Shown in pieces: positions 16,928-28,402 of a DNA stretch of 64,000 bases. A program made the translations under genes and the position numbers. The stretch is from IMG/VR virus record IMGVR_UViG_3300037258_000514, positions 96,001 through 160,000 of that record, one strand, 5' to 3'. The number at the start of each line of letters is the position of its first letter. Within the stretch, counting starts at the first letter, position 1. A model generated the notes under the pieces. The model did not search any database and was not told where the DNA came from. It saw only the letters and a program-made list of their open reading frames with translations. The DNA is from a virus.

Positions 16928-19283
16928 AGATATTCTTCTTCTCCTCAGGAGTTACTGTTGTTTCTTCTGCGTTGTTGTTCGCAATAGCAAAGGCTAACGT
17001 TACAATTTCTTCGTTAGCTTTGCGATCAGCATCTTCATCTTTCAGACGAATGTATTCAATTACAGGTTCTGCAGCGAAAGAGTACAAGTACGATTCCTCT
17101 ATTATTTGTAGTAATGGATATTGTTTTAATATTTTCCTCCACTCCTCCTTAAAGTTAAACGCGTGTTTAATCTCAAATTTCTTTAAACGTGTTGCATTTG
17201 CGATTACGATTGCAAGCCCTTTAGGCGCTTTTCCAACTGTAATGACCAGTGAACAAAACGCTTGCATGGGACTATCTTTTGGTAGCATTTGATTGCTGCC
17301 TATCGTTTTAAGAATTGGTAAGAGCTTAGTTTTGAATGGATAGACATCAAAACTGAGTGATAGTTCGATCTCACGAGTGATAACAGAAGTAGTTTTGTCC
17401 AAAACCAGATTAATTACGTTAATCCAATTCGGATCTTTTACAAGTTGGCTGCTCTCATTAAAACCGTAAATCTTTGTCGTGTCATCAATCCCGAACAGTT
17501 TTGATGTCTTTGCTGCTTCGATAAACGTATTAAAATCTTCTGCGAACTCAAAACTTCCATCACTCGGTTTTAAACTTTTTAGAGGAATGTAATAGTTCTT
17601 TCCCTCTATTGGTTTAGTAGCTATGTCGATCGGTTCCCAAGCATTTAACCATCCTGCGCGTTCGTATCCATCGTTAAATTTCGCGATGTCATTTTGTTTG
17701 TTGAAGTATAAAATATCTCTATTTACTGTCTCGCCTTGAGGGATTACAGGATCCATTAGCGGTTTGTATTTCGCTTTAAGCGCGCTTAGCAAAACATACG
17801 GTGGATTACCTAATCCCGCAATTATTGTTTTAGCATCTCTTAGCACGCGCTCGATAGGCACATCTTTTCGTGTACGTACGATATGATAAATAGTTTCAAT
17901 TTTACCACCGTACGCAGATCTTTCGAGATATTGCGTGTTGTCCGCTGCGTTTTGAAGTAAGTAGTGTATGTAACGTTCACCGCCGCGCAACGTATCATCA
18001 ATAACAAACAATACGTCGCTTCCAACTTCGATTTGTCTATCGTAATAAGTTTTCTTGCGATAGTTTAAATCTAAATCTTTCTGCGCACTAACTCTACCTT
18101 CGGATGCTAACTCAAAAACTTTTTCCTTCTTAGCATCTGATCTACTTCTACTGCTTTTTGTAAAAACATTTATTTTAACTTCGGAATAATCCAACTCATT
18201 TACTGAGACTTTTCCGTGAGTTAAAGTAAAGTTTGGATATTGACCATCGAACACCCCGCTGTCAATTGCACTTTCATACAATGCAGCTATATTAGGCGTA
18301 TTCGTCATTGTGAATAAAAGAATCATGGCCTTCCAACTACAATCACACGCCGCAATTTGCTTCTTAGCGTTATCTATTAGCTCAGCGTTGATCTTGTCAT
18401 AAGCTTTCAAGATATTTGCGATCGTTCTATCATCATTGCTTAGTGTTTCTCGCGAAGCTGCAACAGACAACTCACCAATTGGAAAGAAGATATCAATAGG
18501 CAAATTGTGAATTGTTGCTTGCATGAGAGACATTTTGCTAGAGTCAATACTTCCAACTTTGTACTTAACCATGCCTTGAATTGCACGAATACCTGTAACT
18601 CCGAGATATGAGTTACTTCTTAATCCCCAGGATTCATTTTTCTGTAAATATTCCGTTTTTTTGATATGGATCTCACGGTTAATTGTTGGAGTAGGATTAA
18701 AAAACTCTAATACACTTTCAGTGTTGTTTTGAAATTCTCTAATATCACCCTGCTTAACAGGAAATGAAACCTCCAGTCCGTTTTGTGCATCAGGAGTATC
18801 TTCTTCAGTTTGAAGAAGTATTTCAGGCGTACCCTGCGATCCTAAGAATGCAGAGTAAACGCGAGTCTTCCCCTCAAAGCGACTAATAACTGTAAACCCT
18901 TCTGTGTAGCAGAAAGGACTCTTACTACCTAATCCTAGTGCTCCAACAAAAGCGTTTGAATTAGATTTGTTAGTTCCGAAGTAAGTTGTATATAGATCAA
19001 GAATGTCTTGATGCGATAAACCTACTCCGAAATCCTTTACTGAGAAGAAAGGTTCAAACGTTGTGGGTAAGTGCAGTTCAAAAGGAACTTCCTTCCTTTC
19101 TGCTGCAACATGGGCGTCGTAAGCATTACAACTCAGCTCACGAATAATTGCTTGAATCTTGTTGTTATATAGTCCTGATGAAAGAATCGAGAACGCTTCT
19201 TTCGAAGCGGCGATTTGAAATGCTTTCGGTTGTTCGATTGCATCTCCAAGTTCAACAGAACTACTTGTTGTTTGCATTTTCAT
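16917..19283 (-). CDS. rIIA: rIIA-like protein (N-terminal GHKL ATPase)
   Basis: IIRELSCNAYDAH, VKDFGVGL, GALGLGSKSPF, ASRETLS. Confidence 0.9.
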   Translation of the reverse strand: MKMQTTSSSVELGDAIEQPKAFQIAASKEAFSILSSGLYNNKIQAIIRELSCNAYDAHVAAERKEVPFELHLPTTFEPFFSVKDFGVGLSHQDILDLYTTYFGTNKSNSNAFVGALGLGSKSPFCYTEGFTVISRFEGKTRVYSAFLGSQGTPEILLQTEEDTPDAQNGLEVSFPVKQGDIREFQNNTESVLEFFNPTPTINREIHIKKTEYLQKNESWGLRSNSYLGVTGIRAIQGMVKYKVGSIDSSKMSLMQATIHNLPIDIFFPIGELSVAASRETLSNDDRTIANILKAYDKINAELIDNAKKQIAACDCSWKAMILLFTMTNTPNIAALYESAIDSGVFDGQYPNFTLTHGKVSVNELDYSEVKINVFTKSSRSRSDAKKEKVFELASEGRVSAQKDLDLNYRKKTYYDRQIEVGSDVLFVIDDTLRGGERYIHYLLQNAADNTQYLERSAYGGKIETIYHIVRTRKDVPIERVLRDAKTIIAGLGNPPYVLLSALKAKYKPLMDPVIPQGETVNRDILYFNKQNDIAKFNDGYERAGWLNAWEPIDIATKPIEGKNYYIPLKSLKPSDGSFEFAEDFNTFIEAAKTSKLFGIDDTTKIYGFNESSQLVKDPNWINVINLVLDKTTSVITREIELSLSFDVYPFKTKLLPILKTIGSNQMLPKDSPMQAFCSLVITVGKAPKGLAIVIANATRLKKFEIKHAFNFKEEWRKILKQYPLLQIIEESYLYSFAAEPVIEYIRLKDEDADRKANEEIVTLAFAIANNNAEETTVTPEEKKNIYAN

Positions 19284-20411
19284 TCTTTTTCTCCTCTTCT
19301 ATTTCTATAACAGAAACTTTTGTTTCTGCATCAACAACACTTTTCATTAAATCGTGCAGTTGGTGTTTTTGAGCAGTAAGCAATTCTTTGTTAAGCTGCC
19401 ATGCATCTACTCTATCAGCAACGCTGACAGCTAGTGTTCCTTGTTTCGCTAGATTAACTAATCCACGAAGCAATACTTTGTATTGCTTGTCTGACAATGT
19501 TACTGTGTAGGTTAATTTACTCGTTACATTTGGCATAGTTGTTATTCCGTAGTAAGGCACGTATTTTTAACACGCCCTCTTTTACTTCTACAGCATTCTT
19601 TGTTGAAAGTTCTTCTAACTTCTTTACTATGAAGTTATACGCACCATGTGTGCTTAGTGCTTCTGCAATCAACTTCATAAACTCTTCTTGACATGCTCCA
19701 TCATAAATGATAGGAATGTGTTGATACTTACCTTCACGAAAGTAAAGCCCTTTTCCCCGTGCTTCAATTGTATGTTTCATATCTCATTTACTGTTATTGA
19801 AGCTCCCTCTGCATGTCCAGCAGCCTTTAATATCTTATCTGCTAAACCTGTTGCAAGAAATGTTTCGTACCAGTAGTTAGGATAATGCCCGTTGTGAGCT
19901 TCCTTAACTTTGGCACAGTTAGCGTTCCATTCTCGTGGAGTCTTGCTTGACGACATGAGTGCTACTACATCTTCTTTTGTCATTTAATAAATTCCCGAAT
20001 GTCCTGATGCACGTGCTCGTTGCTTTCTAACCACTCCATAACAATGGTCACACAAGGGAACAAGTCTACTCGAACCTAATGGATAGTGATGTTTCCTTGT
20101 TTTCTTTGGTTTGTGGCAGCGCGCACAGTTTGGTTTACTTGCTATAGTGGGTTTGGTTTGCGTGTTATCTAGTTGCTGCTTTTGAAGGTTCATCTACTGT
20201 CTCCTTTCTTATAACTCCTTCCAGTTTATTGTGTTAACTGCGCTGTGCATTTTAGCTTTCATTGCTTCAGCAACTCTTGTACACTCTGCTTTAGCGAAGA
20301 TTGTAAATTGATCTGCCATCTGCTCGTTAATAACCCAACCACGACTATTTAGTTCTTTAACAAACTCTAAAGCGCGATCATGTACTGTCTTCATTTTCTC
20401 TCCTTTCTATC

Positions 20412-21254
20412 CTAAAGCTTGATTCCTTCTAACATTGAAAGTTCTTTTTCTGTTACTACTACAAAAGTAGAGTTGTTTTCCTCCGCCCATTTTATAGCAG
20501 CGGCAAACTTCGCAACATTTTCTGTTGTTTCTAAAAGATTAAAAGGTTTAATCTCAACTAGTTTCCTATCTCCGTTAGTGTAAGTAACTAAGAAATCTAC
20601 AATGTAAATTCTAACTTCATTGTTAAGTATGTATTGAAGTCGAATTTTATCCTTTTCAAATAAAAGAACGTCTTTTCTTTTATCTAAAAATCTTGTAAAC
20701 GTTCTTTCCCAATTACTCTGACAGAAAATATTACCGCCTTTTACTGTTATTTCTACTGATGATTTTGCTTTGAAACGATGTTTTTGCGGGTTTGTTTTTC
20801 CTTGACTTATGTTTTCAAGACAAGAATTACTAAGCTGCTTCCTTAAACTCTCAGGCCATGGATGCATAATCTTTCCCGGTTTTTTGGCTATAGCAGCCCT
20901 TATGCTAGCCGAAAGAAGATTTTTTATTGCAGAAGCTTTTTCTTTACCATATTGTTCCTCAAAACTTCTGCCTTTCTTGTTATTTGGAGGATGCCATGCT
21001 CCAGAAGCAATTAAATTCTTCTTTGATTTACTCATATTCTTCTTATTTTCTTCTGTTGGCTTCCAACCTTTGTTTCCATGTCCTCCTCTATTTTTATCGC
21101 CAATTTTAATTCTAGCTTCGATAGAGACTTTATGGCCAAGAAGTCCTTCGCTTATATGAGTACGATGAGCTTCAGAACACTTCTTTCCTTTTCGAGAAAG
21201 GCTCATTCTCTCTTTCCAAAGAGCGTAAGCTTCGGGATTTTTCGGGGCAGGCAT
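20412..21254 (-). CDS. NUMOD3-like repeats + TnsA-N-type PD-(D/E)xK endonuclease (free-standing homing endonuclease-like)
   Basis: SExHRxxIS-type repeats; CQSNWE...YIVDFLV...LVEIKP...KFAAAIKWAEENN..FVVVTE. Confidence 0.75.
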   Translation of the reverse strand: MPAPKNPEAYALWKERMSLSRKGKKCSEAHRTHISEGLLGHKVSIEARIKIGDKNRGGHGNKGWKPTEENKKNMSKSKKNLIASGAWHPPNNKKGRSFEEQYGKEKASAIKNLLSASIRAAIAKKPGKIMHPWPESLRKQLSNSCLENISQGKTNPQKHRFKAKSSVEITVKGGNIFCQSNWERTFTRFLDKRKDVLLFEKDKIRLQYILNNEVRIYIVDFLVTYTNGDRKLVEIKPFNLLETTENVAKFAAAIKWAEENNSTFVVVTEKELSMLEGIKL

Positions 21255-21258
21255 TTTT

Positions 21259-22902
21259 CTAACCTAAAGCCTGATCTATCATATCTTGCTTTTCGATGAT
21301 TCGTTTCGCCATGTTCGCGTCTAAACTTTGATCGAACACAATATGAAGAACGTTAACAACGTCCTTCTGTCCAATTCTGTGTAATCTATCCTCAGCTTGT
21401 GTAACCATTGCAGGTCTCCAGTCAAGTTCACAAAGAATAACGTGACTTGCAGCAGTTAACGTCCAACCAACACCCATTGTACCAATGGAACCAATAATCA
21501 TTTTACACTTAGGATCTTTCTGAAAGCGATCTACAGCCTGTTGTCTTTGTTGAATGCTATATCCTTGGTGCATAACGCTGGCAACGTTTTGAAAGTGTTG
21601 ATAAATTCCGTTAACAACGTCTCCATGATGGGCAAACACAACAATCTTGTCAACTTGTTCAAGTGTGTTGGTTAAGTAATCAACGATAAAAGGAATTTTT
21701 GCTACAGCAGTATCATGTCTGAGTTTACTAATCTCCTCAAACATTATCTGATGAAGTCCTTTTAAATCTTTCGCTGCTTCATCGTAACTTTCTTTATCAC
21801 CTTCTGATTGAGCAATCTCAGCTTTCGCGATTGCTTCAAGCACTGCCGATTCGTTATTGGCGTAAAAATTTATTTCCTTCTGAACTTTACCTCTTACTTC
21901 AGGAGGAGCGGGAATGGCGATGATCTGTCTACGCTTTGGAGGAAGTTCTGTTAAAACGTCTTTCTTTAAGCGGCGAATCATTATACTAGCACGAAGGCGT
22001 TCTTGAAGAACGTCTAAGTTAGTGGCACCATCAAACGTTCTATAACCACTATCTCCATCCGCTCCACAGAATTTTTTCGCATACAACCAAAAATTTCTTC
22101 CAAGTCCCTCAGCATCTGCAACGCGGAGCATAGGCCATAGTTCAACAGGGCGATTTAGAATCGGCGTACCTGTTAACCAGAGTTTCTTTTTAGCCTCAAG
22201 TACACGACAGTTTTTAATATCACGTGTGTCTTCATGACCAAGAACCGCCATTGTTCGTTTAGCATCGGGATTCTTCATTAAGTGCGACTCATCGTATATG
22301 TGTAAGTCCCATTCTCTATCGAGAATTTTCGATTTTAACTTCGAGATGATTTCATAATTCGCTAACACGATATTCGAGTTAGGTAAGATCGTAGATGAAG
22401 CAAAGTCGCCTGATAAATTTCTTGTCATCCACTTCATGAATTCTCTGCCCCAGTTAAGCAACAGACTTGCAGGGCATACAAGTAGGATGTTTTTAATTTG
22501 AGGTAAAGCATTACATACACCAATCGCCTGAATTGTTTTTCCTAAGCCCATTTCATCAGCGATTAATGTATTTATTCTTGGTAGTGCATATTCGATTCCT
22601 GCTTTTTGGAAAGGAAGATAAGCAAAAGGTTTTCCAGTATCAGGATCAATTCCGTCAGGTACAGGAATTGTTAAATCTGAAGATAGTGCTTTTGATAAAG
22701 CTATCTGCTGATCGTGAAAATTTAATTGAGCTTTTGCCGATGTATCTGCAATATCTTCAAAGAGTTTTGCTACATGGGTCATGCCCGTCCACCAGACCTT
22801 ACTTCTAAAGTCAAAGTGAAAGCCTACATCTTTAAACTGACCCTTAAATGCAGGATAACCAGTTATTTCATACCTAGCGCCCGTCCATGTAAGTTTAGGC
22901 AT
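21259..22902 (-). CDS. SNF2-family (SMARCAL1/HARP-like) helicase/ATPase
   Basis: IADEMGLGKT, DESH, LTGTPILNRP, RRLKKDVL, QAEDRLHRIGQ. Confidence 0.92.
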   Translation of the reverse strand: MPKLTWTGARYEITGYPAFKGQFKDVGFHFDFRSKVWWTGMTHVAKLFEDIADTSAKAQLNFHDQQIALSKALSSDLTIPVPDGIDPDTGKPFAYLPFQKAGIEYALPRINTLIADEMGLGKTIQAIGVCNALPQIKNILLVCPASLLLNWGREFMKWMTRNLSGDFASSTILPNSNIVLANYEIISKLKSKILDREWDLHIYDESHLMKNPDAKRTMAVLGHEDTRDIKNCRVLEAKKKLWLTGTPILNRPVELWPMLRVADAEGLGRNFWLYAKKFCGADGDSGYRTFDGATNLDVLQERLRASIMIRRLKKDVLTELPPKRRQIIAIPAPPEVRGKVQKEINFYANNESAVLEAIAKAEIAQSEGDKESYDEAAKDLKGLHQIMFEEISKLRHDTAVAKIPFIVDYLTNTLEQVDKIVVFAHHGDVVNGIYQHFQNVASVMHQGYSIQQRQQAVDRFQKDPKCKMIIGSIGTMGVGWTLTAASHVILCELDWRPAMVTQAEDRLHRIGQKDVVNVLHIVFDQSLDANMAKRIIEKQDMIDQALG

Positions 22903-23156
22903 TCTCCGCTTTCTAGAGCAGGTTGATTATGTTTTTGCCAGTATAATTTTGCAAGACCAGCAATACCACCACATCGTAGTTTCTTCATGATGTGTGCCCT
23001 ATGCGTATCTACAGTTTTTTGCGACAAGCCGAGCTTTGTAGCGATTTCTCCATTATTCAAACAATCACGGCAAAGTAATTCTACTATTTCTTCCTCTCTC
23101 TGCGTTAGTCTCTTCGGCGGATTTTGAAGTTCAATGGCAGTTCTGTTGAAGTGCAC
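22863..23156 (-). CDS. stand-alone LuxR-type HTH regulator
   Basis: LTQREEEIV...NGEIATKLGLSQKTVDTHRAHIMKKL; GTG start inferred from RBS. Confidence 0.8.
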   Translation of the reverse strand: MHFNRTAIELQNPPKRLTQREEEIVELLCRDCLNNGEIATKLGLSQKTVDTHRAHIMKKLRCGGIAGLAKLYWQKHNQPALESGECLNLHGRALGMK

Positions 23157-24346
23157 GGATTCGTCTCCTTTTTCTTTGCTCCTGCAAAGTAATAACTTGT
23201 TGTTCAGGTATAATGCCTTTCTCAACAAGTTCAAATTCTACGATTTCAAGCTGAGGAACTTCTGTTACGTTGTCAGGAAGTTTACTATAGAATTGTATGT
23301 CATAAACAGGTGTAAGCAGACGATCTGCATTCCAATTAGATCGTCTTTCAATTTCACGTTTGATTCTGCGCTCCATATTTTTCTTTAATACTGTAGCAGA
23401 CGCTTTGTGCGTATTAAGTGCGGGCGTATCATTTCCCATTAACACTTTATTTCTACTAGAGCGGGGTATAAACTTTCCTGAAGCAGTATATCTTACAACG
23501 AAGCATTTCATAGTTAGTGTCGCCCATACTTAAGGTTAAGTTTTTCGTCAACTTCTTCTACAAATTCCTTTACCATTTCTGCAAGTAATTGCATTCGCTC
23601 GCCTCTATCTGCGCGTTTTGCTTCGCCTCTAATACGCTTATCTAAACTTGACCAGATGTCTACCATAAATCCAACCGCATTAAGATTGGGACGATTTTCT
23701 TTACTCATTAGTTTATGCCTCCTGTTAAGAATAGGATTCCTTTTTCAAACAGTGAATCTTCGCAAACACATACAAAATGTTCGTGAATGTACTGTGTATC
23801 ATCACCTTTTTCGGCACAGATAGCACAGGCTATCGTACCCATAGTTGTAGCAGTAGCGCATTCAATTAGACTAACGTCTTCAAGTTTTTTTACGTGATCG
23901 CACATAATATACCCCGGTCCAACTTTATCATGGCCTGCACAGTAGATGTTAGGGTATGAAAGTGTTTTTTGTTCAGACATTTTACTGCTTCCTTTCTCTG
24001 CTATTACCTTTCTTGAAGTTTTATGTCGTCAGGGATAAACCCTTCTCTCAACCACTGATCGACGATAATGCTTCCCTTTTTGTTGTCTTTTGTTACTATA
24101 CGAAAGCTTTTGTTTACAGCTTTTAACTGCTCTGCTAAAGACTTTGCCATTGCTGGAGTGCAAGGGGCACTGTAAAGAATGAATCCACATTTACAAGCTA
24201 GCCCGGTATCTTTATCTATCTGATAATTTTCACATAAAACTGTATGAAGATCAGATCGTTTTTTGATTACTTCGCTCACGATGTTTACACAACAGTTACA
24301 CTTTCGGCAATGAATTCCTTTGCAACAAGAAGCGCACTCCCAATCA

Positions 24347-24625
24347 CTAGTCATCTAACCTTATTTCACGCTCTTCGTTAACGTTTAGTTTTGGTCTAAG
24401 TTTTGCTTGGTGCACTCTCTCTTCTACTTCTGCGCGTTCTTTAGCAAGTTGCGCTTTAACCTGCTTCTCAATTTTTTCTTTCTTTTGTTTTTCTAATCGT
24501 AGATTACTTTCTCGCGCCCAGCGCGCCGTCGCTGTTCTACAATCTGAGCAGTAGCCCTCTTTGGATAGAAAGACAAGTGATTTAACTGTCTTCGCGCAAG
24601 AACCGCATCTAAGTGCTACTTTCAC
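24347..24625 (-). CDS. Zn-finger/coiled-coil protein ending REIRLDD
   Basis: CxxC...CxxC; shared C-terminal motif. Confidence 0.65.
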   Translation of the reverse strand: MKVALRCGSCAKTVKSLVFLSKEGYCSDCRTATARWARESNLRLEKQKKEKIEKQVKAQLAKERAEVEERVHQAKLRPKLNVNEEREIRLDD

Positions 24626-24717
24626 TAGTCCTCCAATCTGACTTCGCGTACGTCTAATATTTCTTTCTTCTTCTTTGGTTTTTCGTTCAGAAATTCTTTT
24701 CCTGTAAGCTTAGTCAT
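24625..24717 (-). CDS. 30-aa peptide ending REVRLED (not in ORF track)
   Basis: MTKLTGKEFLNEKPKKKKEILDVREVRLED; GAGGTG RBS; overlaps both neighbours. Confidence 0.65.
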   Translation of the reverse strand: MTKLTGKEFLNEKPKKKKEILDVREVRLED

Positions 24718-24991
24718 CAAAACGCACCTCACGCTCTGGTTTCTGCTCTTTCGAAACGTTTAGTTGCTCAAGTGTGCGGACTCTTGCCCTTAATCGTTCA
24801 ATATCTTTTTCTGTCTTTTTTACTTGCCATTGGGCTGTATCAAGTGCTCGTGCTAGTTTAACTACATTTGCTAGCAGGTTGTCATATTTTGATTTTACAT
24901 TCCTGTGTACTTTGTTATTACTATACGCCTGCAAGATTATTATTACTGTTAATCCCGCTAGCCAACCTCCGTAAGCAATATTGAAAGTCAT
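24710..24991 (-). CDS. membrane-anchored coiled-coil protein ending REVRFDD
   Basis: N-terminal hydrophobic helix, heptads, shared C-terminal motif. Confidence 0.65.
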   Translation of the reverse strand: MTFNIAYGGWLAGLTVIIILQAYSNNKVHRNVKSKYDNLLANVVKLARALDTAQWQVKKTEKDIERLRARVRTLEQLNVSKEQKPEREVRFDD

Positions 24992-25272
24992 TAATCTTCC
25001 AATCTTACAACACGCATTTCCTCGTCGGCAAGTTGCTTCTCATGCTTATCAACAGCGAACGAATATCCTTGTCCTGTTAATTGCAGTTGTTTTTGCAAGA
25101 TATGCTGACAGGCTTTCCTCTTTTCAAATTCTAACTTTTGGAATTTCCATGCAGGGCAAGTGCATCCAAACACTCCATCTTCGCGTTGACTTACTTTATA
25201 TTTCTTCCCTGAAGTACCAATTACATCCCAGTGTTTTACCCAACCATTCGTGTCTTGAGTCTTATTTTTCAA
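24991..25272 (-). CDS. SWIM zinc-finger protein ending RVVRLED
   Basis: CTCPAW...CQH SWIM pattern. Confidence 0.75.
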   Translation of the reverse strand: MKNKTQDTNGWVKHWDVIGTSGKKYKVSQREDGVFGCTCPAWKFQKLEFEKRKACQHILQKQLQLTGQGYSFAVDKHEKQLADEEMRVVRLED

Positions 25273-25544
25273 TTCATCACCTTGAAGAACAAATCCTGCA
25301 TTAAGACAGCGTTTTTTCGTACCGAGCGAGTTAAAGTGCGCGCTCCCTCTATATATCTGTAGATGTTATAGTCTTGAAACCCTTTTTCCTGGCATCTTCG
25401 CTTGCTTCTTCAGAAGGACGCGTTGCTTGGTAAGGCGCATCTGATTGCTTAGTAAGCATCATAATTTGATTAGAAGTAGACAATTTAAGTCTTCTGTTCC
25501 GCTCACTTCGGTGAACGGAACGCAGGACTTAACCTGCGTTTACC

Positions 25545-26492
25545 TTAGTCTTCGAATCTTACAGCGCGCATCGGAGCGTCAACCAAAGCCTTGTCCAATT
25601 CAGCTTTGATTTGTTCAAAGCCTGCTTGTACGCCTGCTCTCATTGACTCGTTAGTCCTTAACATATCAGGAGTAACGTCGTTGATAAGAGCCTTTGCTTG
25701 ATCAGCAAGTTTGTCTAAGTTCTCATTGCCTGTTAGATTTCTAACTTTGAGAACTTTCAGGAAGTCAGTCAGATTATCGAGCATCGAATCTCTGAAAACT
25801 TTCTTCTTTCCTTCTTCTGCTGGAGACAACCTTTCAACAAGATGTCCAACAAGTTCGTTCATTCCCGAGTAGAGGACTTGCTCTGCTACGTTACCCGCCT
25901 CTACCCATTTCTGAACCATCTTGTCAGCTTCTCTTGCAGCTACTTCTGCGCTGATCTCTTTTAGTTTCGCATCAACTGAGAACTGAACATATTGCCAACT
26001 AAAGTAAAAGCTAGCTCTATATGCTTCCTTTGTAAGGTAGTCATTGGGATCAAAAAGATCGCCTAGGGAGGCTTTTGCTTCTTCAAGATCGTGTTCGTAA
26101 GCATTAAAACAATTCTCAATCAATGGTAAACGTCCGGCTTGGTGTTGTGTAAGTTCGTTTTCTGTTTCGTTAAACAGGTCGATGGGCAACATATACATCG
26201 CTCTCTTTAACGGGAAGGGAATACAACGTCGAGAAAGGAACTCATCAATCTTAGCATCAAAGTTAAACAACTTCTTCAGTGCTTGTGAATTGAAGAGATC
26301 CTTTGAAACGTGAATGCGTTTCTTGTTCGCGTTCACTTGTATCTCAGAAGAGCTAACTGTCTTCGATAGGCTAGGCCACCTACGGCTAACCGTAAGGATA
26401 ACAGCTGAATCCATAATGTTGTTCTTGGGCTTAACTGTTGGGTTAACTTCGTTGTGTTGCGTTGAGGGCATTTCAATTACTTCTGCTGTCAT
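25545..26492 (-). CDS. DUF3150-like protein ending RAVRFED
   Basis: YMLP...F..AYE...A...LGDLFDPNDY pattern; context with AAA/DUF1257/DUF2997. Confidence 0.65.
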   Translation of the reverse strand: MTAEVIEMPSTQHNEVNPTVKPKNNIMDSAVILTVSRRWPSLSKTVSSSEIQVNANKKRIHVSKDLFNSQALKKLFNFDAKIDEFLSRRCIPFPLKRAMYMLPIDLFNETENELTQHQAGRLPLIENCFNAYEHDLEEAKASLGDLFDPNDYLTKEAYRASFYFSWQYVQFSVDAKLKEISAEVAAREADKMVQKWVEAGNVAEQVLYSGMNELVGHLVERLSPAEEGKKKVFRDSMLDNLTDFLKVLKVRNLTGNENLDKLADQAKALINDVTPDMLRTNESMRAGVQAGFEQIKAELDKALVDAPMRAVRFED

Positions 26493-27414
26493 TGTTGATT
26501 ACCTTCCTTTTCACAATTTAGTGATGAGTAATCCGCTGAACCTGTAAGAAACTCTATAAAATCGTACACGAGTTCAGGACCAGATTGAGGCTGGCTTTCA
26601 GCTTTTGATATTTCAAGTAAATAAGCGGCCATATTTTTCGAGCAGAAATGCTCAAGTATAAATTGTTGTTGTATTTGTTTCATTCTTCCCCTTTTAGATT
26701 AAGTAAGGACTACTCCCTACGGCGGAAGCCGTATTCTTTTTGTACAAGACTAACAAGTACAGCTCTTACTTTGTTTTCCTTCTCTTATTCCAAGTAAATA
26801 AGCTAAAGCGAGCATTCGATCTAATTCTAGAAGCTGATGCTCCTGATACGGATCCACATGAAGCGCAAGCGTTGTAATAAAATCAGTTGCTGCTACACTA
26901 TTTACTTCATTTGCCATTCCGCCTTCAATGAGAAGCGCTACTATTTCTGTTCTATTTACATGTAGACGCTTTTCGCATTCTGCTGCTAATTTAGCAGCCC
27001 AGGTTAATTCAAACATATTTCACCACGATGTATCGTTTGTTCTTCTTTTCTGTTTTCACTTCTGCTCCAGCCTCTCTAGCCCAAGCAACAGGGTCACCTG
27101 GATACTCAGGACAAAGTTCTGCGCATTGGTCGTAAGTAACGATATTCTTGTTAGCTTTAGCCAATGAAAAGAAAGCAAAGGCTATTACATCACCCTTGCT
27201 TCCTGGTTTTAGTTTGCTTTGACTTTTCTTATTTTCTTCTTTAGCTGCTGTTGTTACAGTTTTGTTATACGCTCTAGCTAACGCGTGTCCTGTAACCTCA
27301 TCAAGCCACTTATCTAAGCCAATTTCACGAATCCGTAGACGATCTTCTTTGTTCAATCCACTGTAGTCAATGTAACAACGTCCACCAGTTTGTAATGGTA
27401 AGGGGTTTGACATC

Positions 27415-28101
27415 TTATCCCTCTACGGTAATCAAGCGTTCAGGATTAAAATCTACAGCACGCATTTCAGCATGTTGCTGAAGTTTGTTCCTTTCTTCAG
27501 CAAGTTGTTGTTTAGCCTCGGCAAGATGTTTTTCTTTCTCTGCCTTTAAACGGTCCTCGTTTTGCTTCTCGTAAATAGCCTTATTTGCTGCGTATTCGGC
27601 TTCCCACTCCGCAGATTGTTTCGCTCGTTTATCCGCCTTTCTTTGTAGACGCGCAGCAGTTAATACTTCCTGATGAGCCTGCCTTTGCTTCCAAACTTCA
27701 GGGTCGTCTGAAGTTGTAAACGCTGTGTAATACGAATCAAAAGGAATGTGTATATGAAACCACTTTCCATCGGATGTTATTTTATAATCTCCCTGATTAA
27801 ATCCGGCAGTTTTTAGTGTTGTAATTGCAGTTGCAGCACGTTGAATATTAATATTCACGCCACCTGATTCGTAATTCATCAGCCAGATTACGTCTCTGTA
27901 TTGATATTTATGTCCACTCATGTCTGCATTGGCATTGCCGAACGGTTTGCCGATTGCTTCAAGCAGGATTCTTATTGCTTTTCCTGCTTCATCGAACGTT
28001 AATGTTCGGCAGCTCCCAGAGCGCAATGCTTCTTCCCACGACCTAATTTCTAGTTCAGGATCAAGCTCTTGCAGTTGTGTTATGTAATCTTTTACTTTCA
28101 T
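27415..28101 (-). CDS. hypothetical protein with coiled-coil C-terminus
   Basis: 228-aa ORF; ends ERLITVEG. Confidence 0.6.
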   Translation of the reverse strand: MKVKDYITQLQELDPELEIRSWEEALRSGSCRTLTFDEAGKAIRILLEAIGKPFGNANADMSGHKYQYRDVIWLMNYESGGVNINIQRAATAITTLKTAGFNQGDYKITSDGKWFHIHIPFDSYYTAFTTSDDPEVWKQRQAHQEVLTAARLQRKADKRAKQSAEWEAEYAANKAIYEKQNEDRLKAEKEKHLAEAKQQLAEERNKLQQHAEMRAVDFNPERLITVEG

Positions 28102-28156
28102 TGACCATCCTTTCTTGTTTAGCGCATGTTGAAATAGATTGTTTTTGCAAGTGACA

Positions 28157-28402
28157 TTACTTCCTCTCTCCTAACAGGTCTTGAACTTTGTCACACGGAA
28201 CTGTTGCTATACTCGTTACATACGACCATCCGTAAGTATAGGAGTTAATAGCGGCAAAACAAATACCAGTTCTTTGATCTTTGAAGTAGCTAATCGTTTG
28301 GCTTGGTTCTATCTTGTCAGGTTTATCGTTGGATTGACACGAAGTTAGAAATAGTGCAGCAGTAAGAACCAGTGTTTTAAGCAGGCGACTCTGTGTTTTC
28401 AT
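28157..28402 (-). CDS. putative lipoprotein
   Basis: Signal peptide with LTSC lipobox; AAGGAG RBS before MKTQS. Confidence 0.6.
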   Translation of the reverse strand: MKTQSRLLKTLVLTAALFLTSCQSNDKPDKIEPSQTISYFKDQRTGICFAAINSYTYGWSYVTSIATVPCDKVQDLLGERK

